Shown here piece after piece: positions 48,758 to 60,145 of a stretch of 64,000 nucleotides of DNA. The first letter of the stretch is position 1. Each line of letters begins with the position of its first letter. The notes beneath the pieces were generated by a model that was not told where the DNA came from, made no database searches, and was given only the letters and a program-made list of their open reading frames with translations. Position numbers and translations under genes: made by a program. Source of the DNA: an uncultured delta proteobacterium (GTDB lineage: Bacteria > Desulfobacterota > Desulfobaccia > Desulfobaccales > 0-14-0-80-60-11); contig CAWETI010000002.1 in assembly GCA_963812015.1 (NCBI GenBank), forward strand, positions 1,600,001-1,664,000, written 5' to 3'.

Positions 48758-51700
48758 TTCTTACCTCCTTGGGACAGAAAGGCGAGGGTTTTTTGCATGG
48801 CGGCTTTCCAGGAATCGACCTCGGAAGCGGTGACGATATCCACCGCCCCGCCCTGGAAATTGCTGCCCGCGGCCTCGCCCATATCTTCTTCCAGCCAACC
48901 TTCGATCTCTAAGTAAATCTGTTTCAGTTCCGCCAGGACCTCCGGGTCGGCCTCCCAGAGGCCCCGCTGCTCCGCCTCCAGGAGGCGCCGGGCGATCTCC
49001 TCCAGGGCCCAGGGGTTTTCTTTCTGGAAGAATTCCCGGTTTTCTTTATCCAAGACAAAGGTGCGGGTAATATCATCGAAGATCCAGTCGTCCACTTCCT
49101 GGGTGGTGGCCTCCCAGCCATAAACCCGGCCGACGCGTTTGCTGATCTCCCCGGCGCCTTTATAGCCGTGATTTTTCATGCCGTCGATCCACTTGGGGTT
49201 GAGCACCTTGGCCCGGGCCACCCGGCGGATCTCATCGGCCAGATCCCGGACGGTCACCCGCTCGGGGGAGCGGGTATCGCCATAATAGGTCTTGACCGGC
49301 TGCCCGGAGAGGTGCCGGGCCGCGGCCGTCAGACCGCCATGCGTCCCGAAATAGCCGCAGCAGCCGAACAGATCGTATTCATCCGTGACGGCCTTGTTAT
49401 ACGTCACCCTGGCGGTGCTTAAGCTATGGGCCAAGGCCTGGGGCGCCGGTTCTCCGAACACCCCCTTGCCATAGGCATAGCCGTTCCAATAGAGAAAAAC
49501 CTGGGCCAGGTCCGCTTCATCCTTCCAGGCGGAGGCATAAACCGCCAGTTGAGTCCCAGCAGAATAGGTGCCGGGTTGGCTGGCAAAGACGCGATAGGTG
49601 GCCTGGCGCCAGGCGGTGGAATCACCGGGGTCCTGGTCTAATTTCGCCATTAATTCAAGACTATGGCGTCGCAGAAAATTGTCCTCGAACTCTTCCGGCA
49701 AGGAGGCCACCGCCTGAATGGCCTCATCCACCAACTCGATACAATTGGAGAAATTGTCCCGAGTGATCCCGGAGACCCGGATGGTGACATCGATGCGGGG
49801 CCGGCCCAACTCAGTCAAGGGAATGATTTCAAAACCCTGCACCCGGCCGTTGCTCTGCCAAACCGGACGCACTCCGATGAGGTACATGATCTGGGCCATG
49901 CCTTCGCCGTCGGCCCACATGATGTCGTTGGCCATCCAAAAGAGGGCGACATTTTCCGGGTACTCGCCGTTTTCGGTCCGATATTTCTGGACAATGGCTT
50001 CGGCCAACCGTTTTCCTACCTCCCAGGCCCCCCGGCTGGGCACCCGCTGGGGGTCCAAAGAATAGAAGTTGCGGCCGGTGGGCAGGACATCATCCCGGCC
50101 GCGGGTAATCAACCCGGAGGGGCCGGGAGGAATAAAACCGCCGGAGAAGCCGTTGAGCAGGGCCTCCATTTCTCGGGACTCCTCCAGGCGGCGGGTAAGG
50201 TCCCGCAATCGCTCCTCAAAATGCTCGATCTCCGCCAGGCTGTCCTGATAACGCGCCGCTGCACAGGTTTCCTGGATGATCTTTGCCAAGGACTGGTCCA
50301 TCGCGGTGAGCCAGCGATTGATGATGGTGCGCCCAGCCTGGTCCACGGCCTCCTGGCCCCGGCCGGTTTCATCGTCATCGAGGGAAACCCCGGCCAAACG
50401 GCTTATGAGCCGGTTCCAGGAAGGTCCGCCGCTCACGGGAAAGCGGATGATGGCCTGGAGGAAATCCGCCCGCCGCTCTTCTTGGGGCAACTGGCCGAAG
50501 ATGTGCATGCCGTCCGGGATTTGGGTATTACGGATCAGGGACAGGCCGTCATGGATACGGTGCACCACCTGGTCAAAAGACATCTCCGGAGAGAGGGAAA
50601 TTTGCTGGCTGAGATGACTCTTCTCCAGGGATTCCAGAATGAGATGTTCCATCACGTGAGCCCGGCCCGGCTCGACGCTTTTCAGCCGCTCGTATTCCGC
50701 CAGCAAGCGGTCCAACTCGCCCATTTCGTCGTAGAGGCCGGCAGCGGTCATCACCGTTTGCATATGATCCACCAGGACAGCATAACTGCGGCGCTTGGCA
50801 ATGGTGCCCTCCGGCGGGTTGTCGGCGTTGTAGATATACAGATGCGGCAGATGACCCAAAGCGACATCCGGGCAGCAGCCTCCCGACAGCCCGGTAGACT
50901 TACCGGGGAGGAACTCCAAAGTGCCGTGGGTGCCCACATGTAGGACGACATCCGCCCCGAATTCCTTATCCAGATAATGATAGGTGGCGATATATTGGTG
51001 CGGCGGGGGTACATCAGGATCATGGAGAATCTTGCAGACCCGGCCGTCGCAGCGGGCCCCGGCGCAGCCCCGCTTGGGCTGGACGCAGAGCACGGCGTTG
51101 CCGTAAGCGATCCCGGTAATCACTATCTGCCCCTGGGAGACCATGGCGGCGGGGATACCGTTCTGTTCCCGGCCGGGCGGTTCCCCCCAGGCTTCCGACA
51201 GCCGCTGTTGCAGTGCCGGGGGAAATTCGCTAAACCAGCGGCGGTAGGTATCCTCCGATACCCGGGCCAGGGCGCCCCCCTTGGTGATGATCTCCTCCAC
51301 GGTGGTCCAGCGGAATTCACTGATGGCCTTGCGGCCCATGATGGTGTCGATCAGCTCTTTGCCGTCCGCCGGAGAATTTTCTATCCCATAGCCGGCCTGC
51401 TCCAGGATCTTCAGGAGGCGGGCCACGCTCTCCAGGGTATCCAGGTGCGCCCCCGCTCCCACCGTGGCTTCCACCGAGGCACAGGCGTTATTGTGCAAGA
51501 TGATGGCGATCTTGCGCTCGGCTGGAGGTTTGTCTTGCAGGCGGAGCCAGCGGGCCACCCGGTCGGCCAGACGTTCGGCCCGCTCGGCAATGGGCAGGCG
51601 GCCGGCGATGAGGTCCGCCTCCACCTCGGTTTGGGACATACCGGCCGCCACCAGCAAGGGTTCAATAACCCCCTCGAATTCCGGCAGCGCCAGGCTCCAA

Positions 51701-52629
51701 CCGATTTCCATCCCCAAGCCCTGGGGGTCGGATTCCCATTCCGCCGCGGTTTTGTAGTAGGAGGTCAATGGCTGGATCAGGGGGATATTAAGCCGGGCCA
51801 GCAATGCCTGGCTGGTTTGGGCCGTGCCACCCTGGCTGACGGTCCCCTTTTGGCTTCCCAGAAAGAAGGCGGTCAGCTTGATCAGGGCGGCTATCCGGGG
51901 GCGGCCTTGAGAATCAAAAAAATAATCCTGGATAATTTCCAGCCCGCCCCGAGTCCCTAAGCCTTCATCCTTAAGGGAATAATAGAAGACCGGGATCACC
52001 CCTATGCCGCGGCTCTCCAGGGCCTGGATGAGGAAATCGTCCAATTCCAGGTTACCCGTGGCCCAATCATGCCGGGAAAACATGATCCCGACCATGGTCT
52101 CGGTGGGGAGCCTCTGGCGCCGATACCAGTCCAGATAGTCGACCGCGTCGGTAAAAAACTGCCCGGCCCGGGGGTGATAGAACCCTTCCCAGGGCAGGTC
52201 CTCAGGGGGCAAGACCGCGAGGTCCAGGTGCAGCACTTCCTTACCGACATAGTTCAGCAGGCGGCGCAAATTTTCTAAGCCGTTGCGGATGATATATTGA
52301 TAAGCGTTGGCCGCCACTTCCAGGGGCACGGTGGAGGGACGCCACAGGGATGGATCGGAGCCGGTGGTAATCAGCGGTATCCGGGTGGAGAGATCTTTCA
52401 GGCGACTTTCCATCTGCTCCCAAAAGGCGTCCGGGGTGCGATATAACAGGATAAAATCCGCCGATTCCATGGCGTCGAGAGCCTGGGCCAGCTTCTCGGG
52501 ATTTTCTCCCACCATTCGATGTGAATAAACCTTGAGATCCAACCAGGGACAATCCCGGCTCGCCTGGTTGAGCAGGGGAACATAGGCGTTCCACATAACG
52601 GCTACACCTTTAATCGGCGTTGTGGTCAT
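48754..52629 (-). CDS. cobN: CobN-family chelatase large subunit
   Basis: 1291 aa; [64 protein letters not shown]. Confidence 0.9.
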   Translation of the reverse strand: MTTTPIKGVAVMWNAYVPLLNQASRDCPWLDLKVYSHRMVGENPEKLAQALDAMESADFILLYRTPDAFWEQMESRLKDLSTRIPLITTGSDPSLWRPSTVPLEVAANAYQYIIRNGLENLRRLLNYVGKEVLHLDLAVLPPEDLPWEGFYHPRAGQFFTDAVDYLDWYRRQRLPTETMVGIMFSRHDWATGNLELDDFLIQALESRGIGVIPVFYYSLKDEGLGTRGGLEIIQDYFFDSQGRPRIAALIKLTAFFLGSQKGTVSQGGTAQTSQALLARLNIPLIQPLTSYYKTAAEWESDPQGLGMEIGWSLALPEFEGVIEPLLVAAGMSQTEVEADLIAGRLPIAERAERLADRVARWLRLQDKPPAERKIAIILHNNACASVEATVGAGAHLDTLESVARLLKILEQAGYGIENSPADGKELIDTIMGRKAISEFRWTTVEEIITKGGALARVSEDTYRRWFSEFPPALQQRLSEAWGEPPGREQNGIPAAMVSQGQIVITGIAYGNAVLCVQPKRGCAGARCDGRVCKILHDPDVPPPHQYIATYHYLDKEFGADVVLHVGTHGTLEFLPGKSTGLSGGCCPDVALGHLPHLYIYNADNPPEGTIAKRRSYAVLVDHMQTVMTAAGLYDEMGELDRLLAEYERLKSVEPGRAHVMEHLILESLEKSHLSQQISLSPEMSFDQVVHRIHDGLSLIRNTQIPDGMHIFGQLPQEERRADFLQAIIRFPVSGGPSWNRLISRLAGVSLDDDETGRGQEAVDQAGRTIINRWLTAMDQSLAKIIQETCAAARYQDSLAEIEHFEERLRDLTRRLEESREMEALLNGFSGGFIPPGPSGLITRGRDDVLPTGRNFYSLDPQRVPSRGAWEVGKRLAEAIVQKYRTENGEYPENVALFWMANDIMWADGEGMAQIMYLIGVRPVWQSNGRVQGFEIIPLTELGRPRIDVTIRVSGITRDNFSNCIELVDEAIQAVASLPEEFEDNFLRRHSLELMAKLDQDPGDSTAWRQATYRVFASQPGTYSAGTQLAVYASAWKDEADLAQVFLYWNGYAYGKGVFGEPAPQALAHSLSTARVTYNKAVTDEYDLFGCCGYFGTHGGLTAAARHLSGQPVKTYYGDTRSPERVTVRDLADEIRRVARAKVLNPKWIDGMKNHGYKGAGEISKRVGRVYGWEATTQEVDDWIFDDITRTFVLDKENREFFQKENPWALEEIARRLLEAEQRGLWEADPEVLAELKQIYLEIEGWLEEDMGEAAGSNFQGGAVDIVTASEVDSWKAAMQKTLAFLSQGGKK

Positions 52630-53363
52630 TCGCTATACCTCTTTACGATAATGATCCCTAAAGCGATGCAGCCCAGCATATATACCGTCAGCACCATCAG
52701 CGAGCCCAACCCCGCCAGGGTCCAGGTGGGAAAGCGCAGCAGGTGGTTGGTATGGGTCAGGGGCAGGCAGTGGATGATCCCCCGGACCAGCCAGGGCATT
52801 TCATTCACCGGAAAGAAGGTGCCGCAGAAAAAAGCCATGGGCATAATCAGGAAGTTGGTGAAGGTGGCGGTATCTTCATGGGATCGGGACCTCATCCCCA
52901 CAATTACTCCCAGGGCGGCAAATAAGGCGCAGTTCAAGAGCAATGCCAGGATAAACATCAGGCTCATTTGAACGTGGCCGCCTAAAAGCCATCCCAGCCC
53001 CAATAAGATCAGGGAGGCGAACAGGCCCCGGGCCAAGCCGGCCAGTAATTCTCCCACCACAATAGCCGCGGCCGAAACCGGCGCCTGGACATAGACCTGA
53101 AAGGTGCGGAAATGGAGGCGGCCCACGGTCAGGCTGTTAGCCACCCAGGTATAGGCATTGGTCATGGAGCTCATGGCAATGAGCCCGGGCAGCAAGTAGT
53201 CCAGATAGGAAGTCCCCGGGATGGTCACCCGTTTGCCCAACCCCAGTCCGAAGGCCACGAGATAGAGCAGGGGGGCAAATAGGGCCGAGACCACGTAACC
53301 CAGGCGGAGCAAGCGGCGCTGGAAGAGCAGGATTTCCCGGTAAAAAATGGGGAACCAGTTCAT
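52626..53363 (-). CDS. ABC-2 type exporter permease
   Basis: YLDYLLPG, PMAFFCGTFFP, LPLTH. Confidence 0.85.
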   Translation of the reverse strand: MNWFPIFYREILLFQRRLLRLGYVVSALFAPLLYLVAFGLGLGKRVTIPGTSYLDYLLPGLIAMSSMTNAYTWVANSLTVGRLHFRTFQVYVQAPVSAAAIVVGELLAGLARGLFASLILLGLGWLLGGHVQMSLMFILALLLNCALFAALGVIVGMRSRSHEDTATFTNFLIMPMAFFCGTFFPVNEMPWLVRGIIHCLPLTHTNHLLRFPTWTLAGLGSLMVLTVYMLGCIALGIIIVKRYSE

Positions 53364-54196
53364 TGGGTCAGCCTTTCCCCGGTAAGCTGGATAAAGACGT
53401 CTTCCAGATTGACCTGCCGGATGATGACCTCACAATTTTCCGTCTGGGCGCAGGCGTAGGCCGTGGTTTTATCCTTTGCCAGGTGATACTCCCGTTTGCC
53501 GTTATGGGTGGATTCCACCACGTAGCCGCCCAGGCGGGCCACCAGGGTCGCAGGGGTATCCAGGGAGATGAGGCGGCCGCGGTTCAAGATGCCCACCCGG
53601 TCGCACAACATCTCGGCCTCTTCAATGTAATGGGTGGTGAGCACAATGGTAATCCCCTCCAGCTTGAGTTCCCGAATCAGGCTCCATAATTGCCGCCGGA
53701 CCTGGGGGTCTAATCCCACCGTGGGCTCATCCAGAAACAAAACCTGGGGACGAGAGATGAGGGCCCGGAGGATCAGGAGCCGTCGCTGCATGCCCCCGGA
53801 GAAGCCTTTGACCAAATGATGGGTTCGGGCGCTCAGGTCGCCGAAGTCCAAAAGCTCTTGGATCCGGTTTTTCAGATCGGGAACCCGGTAGAGCCGTCCA
53901 TAGATCCACAGGTTTTCATAGGCGGTCAGCTCCTTGTCCAGATTGATCTCCTGGGGACAGACCCCCAGGAGCCGCTTGACCTGGAGCGGTTGGCGCACCA
54001 CATCAAAGTTTTGGATTTGAGCCGTGCCCCGGGTGGGCCGAGCCAGGGTGGTCAAAATCTTAATCGTGGTGGTCTTGCCGGCCCCGTTGGGTCCCAATAA
54101 GCCGAAGATTTCCCCCGGGGGGATTTGCAAAGATAGACCCTCCAGGGCCACCACCTCCTGATACTCCTTGCCGAGATTGTCGGTAACGATCATCAT
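53360..54196 (-). CDS. ABC-2 type exporter ATPase
   Basis: GPNGAGKT, FSGGMQRR, LDEPTVGLDP, TTHYIEEA. Confidence 0.88.
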   Translation of the reverse strand: MMIVTDNLGKEYQEVVALEGLSLQIPPGEIFGLLGPNGAGKTTTIKILTTLARPTRGTAQIQNFDVVRQPLQVKRLLGVCPQEINLDKELTAYENLWIYGRLYRVPDLKNRIQELLDFGDLSARTHHLVKGFSGGMQRRLLILRALISRPQVLFLDEPTVGLDPQVRRQLWSLIRELKLEGITIVLTTHYIEEAEMLCDRVGILNRGRLISLDTPATLVARLGGYVVESTHNGKREYHLAKDKTTAYACAQTENCEVIIRQVNLEDVFIQLTGERLTQ

Positions 54197-54207
54197 ATTT
54201 ATGTCAG

Positions 54208-54975
54208 TTATGTTAGTTTGGGGTACAACAGCCTTTGGCCGCCCTGGCAGATCATGCCCACTTCCAGCCCGTAAAGATGGGCCATGGTTTCCGGACCGAT
54301 GACGTCCGCCGGGCGGCCCTGGGTCACGATCCGGCCGGCCGCCAACAGGATGACTTGATCCGCGAAAACCAGGGCCAGGTTGGGGTCATGAAGGGTCAGT
54401 AACACCGTCAGCCCCTGTCGATGAGCCAGATTCCCGATCAATTGCAGGATCATCACCTGATTCCTAAAGTCCAGGTGGTTGGTGGGTTCATCCAAAAGCA
54501 ATACCTGGGGCTCCTGGGCCAGGCACCGGCCCAGCAAGGCCAGTTGCCGCTCGCCGCCGCTGATCCGGGTATACGGCTTGTCCGCCAAATGTTTGATTCC
54601 CAGGAGTTCGATAATCTCCGTTACCACTTCGCGATCCCGGGCCCCCGGCTGGGACCAGAATCCCACCCGGGAGAGCCGGCCCAAGAGCATCACCTCCCGG
54701 ACGGTGTAAGGGAAAACCGGGTGATGCTCCTGGGGCACAATCGCCAGCACCTGGGCCAGGTCCCGGGTCTTGAGCTCTGCGAGGGGCCGGTCGGCCAGCA
54801 CGATGTCTCCCTGGAGGGGGATTATCTGGGCGCTGAGGCTCAAAAGGAGGGTGGTCTTCCCCGAGCCGTTGGGCCCCAGGAGGACCGTGACTTCCCCCGG
54901 CCGCGCCTTAAGGTTCACCTGGTGGAGAATGAGCTGGCCGTTGAGCCGGACGCTGAGATCGTTTACGGCAATCAT
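54208..54975 (-). CDS. Metal-chelate ABC importer ATPase (FecE-like)
   Basis: GPNGSGKT, ISGGERQL, LDEPTNHLD, LHDPNLA. Confidence 0.88.
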   Translation of the reverse strand: MIAVNDLSVRLNGQLILHQVNLKARPGEVTVLLGPNGSGKTTLLLSLSAQIIPLQGDIVLADRPLAELKTRDLAQVLAIVPQEHHPVFPYTVREVMLLGRLSRVGFWSQPGARDREVVTEIIELLGIKHLADKPYTRISGGERQLALLGRCLAQEPQVLLLDEPTNHLDFRNQVMILQLIGNLAHRQGLTVLLTLHDPNLALVFADQVILLAAGRIVTQGRPADVIGPETMAHLYGLEVGMICQGGQRLLYPKLT

Positions 54976-55964
54976 AGGCTCCAGGATTCCGCCCCGCCCC
55001 GCTTCAAGAGATAAATGAAGAAAGGGGCCCCGAACAGGGTGGTGATGATGCCCACCGGGATTTCTCCTCCCACGATGGTGCGGGCCACCGTATCGGAGAG
55101 CACCATGAAGCTGGCGCCCGCGGCCATGGACAGGGGGATGACTCGCCGGTGGTCGGGCCCCACCAGCATCCGGACTATATGGGGGATCATCAGACCCACC
55201 CAGCCGATGATCCCGGTGACGGAAACCGCCGCAGCCACCGTCACCGCCGCGGCCAGGATAAACAGCCCCCGTTCCCGGCCCACATCCACCCCCAGGGCCC
55301 GGGCCTCAGCGTCTCCCATGGACATGGCATTGAGGCGCCAGCGCCCCAGCCAGATGAGGACGGCTCCCGCCAGGATCCAGGGCCCCGCCTGGCGTACCGC
55401 CCGCCAGTCGGCCTGGGACAGGCTCCCCATGAGCCAGAAGACGATGCTGGCCAGCTTCATGGGGTCCACCATAAACTTGATAATGGAGACCAGAGCTGTA
55501 AAGAAGGCGGACACCACCACCCCGGAGAGGATCAGGGACAGGGTCGGGACCTCCCGGCGGGTTCGGGCCAGGGTGAAAGCCAGGAAGGCCGCGATCAGGC
55601 TGAAGATAAAGGCTCCCACTTGAATGGGCAGGGCTGGGACCAAGGCCACGGAGAGGGCGCAGCCAAAGGCCGCCCCGGCGGATAACCCCAGGATAAAGGC
55701 GTCCACCAGGGGGTTGCGGAACACGGCCTGAAGGGTGGCGCCGGAGGCCGACAGGCCCAATCCCACCAACATCCCCAGGACAATGCGGGGCAGCCGGATA
55801 TCAAAGACGATGCTCTGGATCTGCACTTCTTTGCCGTGACCGGATGCGAGCACGTGCCACCAGGCCCGCCAAGGCACCGGGTAGGCCCCCACCTGCATCG
55901 CCATGAGGAAGGCCGGTAAGGGGGAGAGCAACAGCAGCCAGTAGACCCAGGTGCGGGGCCTCAC
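54972..55964 (-). CDS. Metal-chelate ABC importer permease (FecCD family)
   Basis: IRLPR, RNPLVD, IGWVGLMIPH, EIPVGI; GTG start overlaps the upstream stop. Confidence 0.88.
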   Translation of the reverse strand: MRPRTWVYWLLLLSPLPAFLMAMQVGAYPVPWRAWWHVLASGHGKEVQIQSIVFDIRLPRIVLGMLVGLGLSASGATLQAVFRNPLVDAFILGLSAGAAFGCALSVALVPALPIQVGAFIFSLIAAFLAFTLARTRREVPTLSLILSGVVVSAFFTALVSIIKFMVDPMKLASIVFWLMGSLSQADWRAVRQAGPWILAGAVLIWLGRWRLNAMSMGDAEARALGVDVGRERGLFILAAAVTVAAAVSVTGIIGWVGLMIPHIVRMLVGPDHRRVIPLSMAAGASFMVLSDTVARTIVGGEIPVGIITTLFGAPFFIYLLKRGGAESWSL

Positions 55965-56956
55965 GGCGTCTCCTCGTAAGGGATACCGAAACATTCCCGG
56001 TAGAAGCTATCAGCGGCCTGACGAAACTCCGCCGGGGAGATCTCTTGGGGAAAAAAGCAGTGGGCCATCCACCAGGCCAGGACCACCACTCGGGGCGACC
56101 AAGTAGAAGACCGGTCGGCCTTAAACACCCGGCCCGTTTTCACCGCCTGGACGTTCTGCCACTTGGGGTCCCTTAGCAGGTCGGCGACCCCGTAGGAGGC
56201 GGAACCCCAGATCAGCACCACTTCGGGATTGAGGTCCACCATAGTTTCCATGGACAGTTCCTGGTTGAAGTTATCCACCTTGCCGCCCAGGTTGATCCCC
56301 CCCGCCAGGGTGATGAGCTCCCCCACCACCCCTTTATTGCCGGTGATGGTGGTGGGCTTGCCCCAGAGCCACACCACCCGGGGGTGGGCCGCGGCCGGGA
56401 TTCCCGCCAGGCGTTGCTTCAAGGCCTCGAAGTGACGGGCCATCAACTGCGTCACTTTTTCGGCCCGCTCGGCCTGCCCCAAAAGCCTTCCTATTCGCAG
56501 GGTGTCCCGGCGGATATCATCCAACCCCTCGGGATAGAGGGTGAACAAGTGGAATCCCTGACGCCGCAAAAAATCCACCTGCTCCGGTCTGCGGTCCCAG
56601 GTCACCACCATGTCGGGCTTCAGGGCCATCAGGGCCTCCACGTTGGCGACAAACCCGGTGCCCGGCGAGGGAATCTCCTGGAGATGGGGCACCACCCGTT
56701 TCAGCAAATCATTGTCATAGGCGTACCGGGAAATCCCCACGATGCGATCCCAGGCCTGGAGCGCTGCTACGGTTTCATAGAATTCGAAGAGGACCACCCG
56801 GTGCGCCTCCTGGGGAGAGTTGCCCCCCGGGGGGCCCAGGGGGCACGGCCTCTCGGGAAGGGCCCCCTGGATGGGCCCGGTGAGGCCCAGGAGCAGCACC
56901 AATCCGCCCATCGCCCAGGCCCACCGGGAAGTTTTGGAGATTCTGTCAGCCATCAA
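55961..56956 (-). CDS. Class III (iron-chelate/B12-type) substrate-binding protein
   Basis: Signal peptide, NVEALMALKPD, AGGIN, AVKTGRVF. Confidence 0.8.
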   Translation of the reverse strand: MMADRISKTSRWAWAMGGLVLLLGLTGPIQGALPERPCPLGPPGGNSPQEAHRVVLFEFYETVAALQAWDRIVGISRYAYDNDLLKRVVPHLQEIPSPGTGFVANVEALMALKPDMVVTWDRRPEQVDFLRRQGFHLFTLYPEGLDDIRRDTLRIGRLLGQAERAEKVTQLMARHFEALKQRLAGIPAAAHPRVVWLWGKPTTITGNKGVVGELITLAGGINLGGKVDNFNQELSMETMVDLNPEVVLIWGSASYGVADLLRDPKWQNVQAVKTGRVFKADRSSTWSPRVVVLAWWMAHCFFPQEISPAEFRQAADSFYRECFGIPYEETP

Positions 56957-56972
56957 TTGCCTGCTCCTTGCC

Positions 56973-59309
56973 TCAATATTTCAGCGTCAGCATGCTCCAG
57001 ATGGTCCGGCCGGGAGTCCGGTAGTAGTAGTAGTATTCCCGGTTAAGGATGTTATCCACCGCAAAGGACATGTCCACATACTTCACCGGGCTAAAGATTA
57101 TTTTTGAATTCAGGGTGAAGAAAGGATCGTAGGCGCCGTAAACCCCATAGACAGAATCGCCGTTGTCATCCCGGGCCGTCAGTCTGGAGGCATAACGGCC
57201 TGAAAGGTTGGCCTTGACCTTCCAGTAGGAAGCCGTGACCCCAAAGTTGAATTGCTGCCGGGGGGTATAGGTGAGATTTTTGCCCACCGTGACCGGATTA
57301 TAGGGGTTGTTCCTGATCCTGGGGTCCACCAGGGTGGTGTTGCCGAAGACTTCCAGCCAGGACCAGAGCTTCTGGTTAATTTCTATCTCCACCCCTCGAA
57401 TCTGGGCCTTGGCGGCATTAAAATAATTCTGGGTCTTGCCCGTTGGATCGGTAGGATCAGTAGTCCGGTAAATCAAGTCCTTGACGAAATTTTGAAAATA
57501 GGTGGCGGTGAACGTGGTCCCTTTAAAGGGTTTCAGGGTGGTGCCGACCTCCCAGGAGAGGGCGGTCTCGGGTTTGAGATCGGGGTTGCTCTTATACAGG
57601 GTGCCGGTGCTGGACTGCCAGGTGACGTAGAGTTCGTAAATATTGGGGGCCCGGAAGGAGCGGCCCACCGAGGCTTTCCAGGTCATCCAGTCCCAGGGGC
57701 GGTAGAGCGCGGCGAGCTTGGGGCTGACCGCAGTTTGGTCCCGGCTGGGCAGGTCCACAATGGGAGTGCCGGTGGCCTTCATGTAACTGCCCCCAAAGGT
57801 CTCCCACCGATCCAACCGCACCCCCAGCACCGTATTGAACTTGGGATGCCAGGCGATTTCATCCTGAAGATAGGCCCCGATATTGCTGTCCCGGCCGCCG
57901 CCCAGGGAGCTGAAGTTTATATACGAACCGGGACTGCGCCAGTTGTACAGGTTATACTGCGAGTTGCGCGCCCAGCCGGCATTGTAGGAGAGGCCGCCCA
58001 CGAACTGCTGCTTCTGGCCGATGGCCTGGTCCACCTGCACCTCCCCCACCCAATTCTGACTGGGAGTGCTGGACACGGTCCCCGGGCCGCCGCCGAAGGT
58101 GGTCAGGGCGCTGGTGGAACTGGGCGTGGTGTACCAGTTTTCCGGCTGGTTCACCAGGCCGAAATGGGACTTGAGTTTCGTGGTTTCCGTAAGCTTGTTT
58201 TCGGACGTCAGGTTGTATACTTGGGTATTGTTGCGTCCATCGCCGTTGCAAAAGAGGCCTTGCTGGAGACTGCTGAATTGCGTGTTGGTGCCTAACAAGC
58301 CGACGGTGCCACTAGTCACCCTGGCGCCAGTGGCTGAATTGTTCAAATAGGAATGGTACATGTCATAGCCATAGTCGTAATAGCTCTGCAAGGTGCTGAA
58401 CTCCACCTTATGGCCCGGGGCAATATCCCAGCTGATTTTGCCGTTGAAGCTGTAATCATTCCAGTTATTATCGCCGGTATCGCCGATGGTGTTCGTCCAG
58501 CCGCCGGTGGTCGTCTGGGTGGGTTGCCAGCCCAACACACTGGTTTTGGTCGTCTTGGCTAAGGCGGCGGTGGTTTTTTGCACCAGGCTGGTGGGATAAC
58601 CGGTGGAGATACGATAATTGAATCCCGCCTGGATGCTTACTTTATCCCAGAGACGATCGCCCGCCCCCAGGTAGTAGGTCCAGGCATCGTAGGTGCCGTA
58701 ACCGCCCTGGGCCAGCATTTCCAGTTTCTGGGGGGTCTTGGTGATGATGTTGATGACCCCGCCCATGGCGCTGCCGCCGTAGAGGGCGGAGAACGGCCCT
58801 CGGATCACTTCGATCCTTTCGATATTCTCCACCGGTATGCTATTCCAGATCACAGTGTTGGTGTAGGCGGTGGAGACATTCTGGCCATCCAGCAAGATCA
58901 GGGTGCGTTTCTGGTTATCTCCGGGAAAGCCCCGGAGATTCACATTAGCCAGGGTGTCCTGCCAGCCCTTGCCCCGGCGGTCGAAGGCCCCGGGGACCTG
59001 GGCCAGGGCCTCGTCCACCGTCTGGATGTTCTGTTTCTTAATGTCCTCTTTGGTGATGATCGTAATGCTAGCCGGGACGTCGTCCGGATTCCTCTCGGTC
59101 CGTGTGGCCGTCACCACAATCTTCTCCAAGGCCTCGGCCTTTTCTTTCGGAGCCGGGGCGGGAGCTGGGGTTGCCGCCTTTTTACCTTCATCCGGGTCCA
59201 CCACCGTCACCTTGTCCTCTGCTTCCTGGGCCCACGCCGGGGACTGCACCCCGAGGGTCAATACGCACGAGAACGCCATAATCACTCCAAACCAGAGCCC
59301 ACGCCGCAT
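56973..59309 (-). CDS. TonB-dependent receptor (substrate unknown)
   Basis: Signal peptide, IVVTATR TonB box, IERIEVIRGPFSALYG, NPDLKPE, C-terminal aromatic residue. Confidence 0.92.
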   Translation of the reverse strand: MRRGLWFGVIMAFSCVLTLGVQSPAWAQEAEDKVTVVDPDEGKKAATPAPAPAPKEKAEALEKIVVTATRTERNPDDVPASITIITKEDIKKQNIQTVDEALAQVPGAFDRRGKGWQDTLANVNLRGFPGDNQKRTLILLDGQNVSTAYTNTVIWNSIPVENIERIEVIRGPFSALYGGSAMGGVINIITKTPQKLEMLAQGGYGTYDAWTYYLGAGDRLWDKVSIQAGFNYRISTGYPTSLVQKTTAALAKTTKTSVLGWQPTQTTTGGWTNTIGDTGDNNWNDYSFNGKISWDIAPGHKVEFSTLQSYYDYGYDMYHSYLNNSATGARVTSGTVGLLGTNTQFSSLQQGLFCNGDGRNNTQVYNLTSENKLTETTKLKSHFGLVNQPENWYTTPSSTSALTTFGGGPGTVSSTPSQNWVGEVQVDQAIGQKQQFVGGLSYNAGWARNSQYNLYNWRSPGSYINFSSLGGGRDSNIGAYLQDEIAWHPKFNTVLGVRLDRWETFGGSYMKATGTPIVDLPSRDQTAVSPKLAALYRPWDWMTWKASVGRSFRAPNIYELYVTWQSSTGTLYKSNPDLKPETALSWEVGTTLKPFKGTTFTATYFQNFVKDLIYRTTDPTDPTGKTQNYFNAAKAQIRGVEIEINQKLWSWLEVFGNTTLVDPRIRNNPYNPVTVGKNLTYTPRQQFNFGVTASYWKVKANLSGRYASRLTARDDNGDSVYGVYGAYDPFFTLNSKIIFSPVKYVDMSFAVDNILNREYYYYYRTPGRTIWSMLTLKY

Positions 59310-59512
59310 TTGCACTCTCCTTCCGCTTTGAGTTTGCGCCTCGGCCCTGGTTCTGATAGAAAAAGAGTGGGCCGATCTTCCGCATTGAGGATTGGTCTGA
59401 AGGAGGGGCTGGGACTCTTGGCGGGGTGCCGCCCCTCCTTCCTGTTACCGCATTCTTTCTATTAAGACCTCTCTGCCGTCAGGACCCTGTCAGCCTCGGC
59501 CCTCACCAGGCG

Positions 59513-59654
59513 AAAAAAAAGACCACGATTATCAAGCGGCGTTTTGCCGCCAGACCTTCGTGGCCATTCAAATACTTCTGAGAATTTTAGCTATCCGAAA
59601 GGGCTTCATGCCCTTCGACGGTTTCTATATAGCCCCTCCCGCAGGTGCTGTCAA
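59513..59654 (-). promoter_or_regulatory. Leader A: promoter + tandem AYGAA-loop hairpins + intrinsic terminator (candidate attenuator)
   Basis: TTGACA(59654-49)-17-TATATA; AAGGGC-ATGAA-GCCCTT (59615-599); GGCC-ACGAA-GGTC (59565-553); GGCCACGA/TCGTGGTC stem then T8. Confidence 0.8.
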
Positions 59655-59717
59655 GCAATAATCCGGGGCAGTCAAAAGCACATGCAGGTTTCTCGCCTTT
59701 CAGGATTCTTTGATCGG

Positions 59718-59860
59718 GGTGATGTCCATTAAATTGTGGAAATTTGTCTCAGGTTTTTACCCCTACAGTTCTTGTTGAGCATTTGGATGATGCCATACAG
59801 GATACGGTCGGAGCTGGCCTCATTGGTGAAACAGTTGTTCATGGGTCGGGTGCGCCGGGG
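59718..59860 (-). mobile_element. IS256-family remnant (transposase C-terminus and end)
   Basis: Minus strand translates RRTRPMNNCFTNEASSDRILYGIIQMLNKN, followed by the IR-like TCCACAATTTAATGGACATCACC. Confidence 0.65.
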
Positions 59861-59956
59861 TTCCCCAGCCGTGGTGAAGGCCAACTTCAGCGAATATTTA
59901 CAACGGCATCTCTGATCATTCAGCTTCCGCAGGCGACCTAACCCGCTTCCTGGGGG

Positions 59957-60145
59957 TTATTTCTCCACAAGAACGATTCTATGGTTCACCAGATTAAGCC
60001 GGTGGATGTCAGCCCTGATAACTCTTTGTTCGCCGAAAATGTTGACCACGCGCAGACCGTCCCCTTCGGGTTCGATGATGTCTACATCCGCCAACAATAA
60101 TTCCTCTTGACCGTTTTTCATAACATAAGCGGTAGCTTCACACAT
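59957..60145 (-). CDS. cooT: CooT-family nickel-binding protein (Sm-like fold)
   Basis: 62 aa starting MCE, with E.LLLADVD...NIFGE...NLVNHRIVL pattern. Confidence 0.85.
   Translation of the reverse strand: MCEATAYVMKNGQEELLLADVDIIEPEGDGLRVVNIFGEQRVIRADIHRLNLVNHRIVLVEK

Noticed and set aside
59513..59654. Second cobalamin riboswitch or NiCo riboswitch upstream of the cobN operon
   Set aside because: No B12-box or GGGAA/GCCACT elements, and I see no NiCo-type four-way junction; the tandem-hairpin attenuator fits better (Rfam scan still needed)
59744..59941. 65 aa plus-strand ORF
   Set aside because: Antisense of the IS256 remnant
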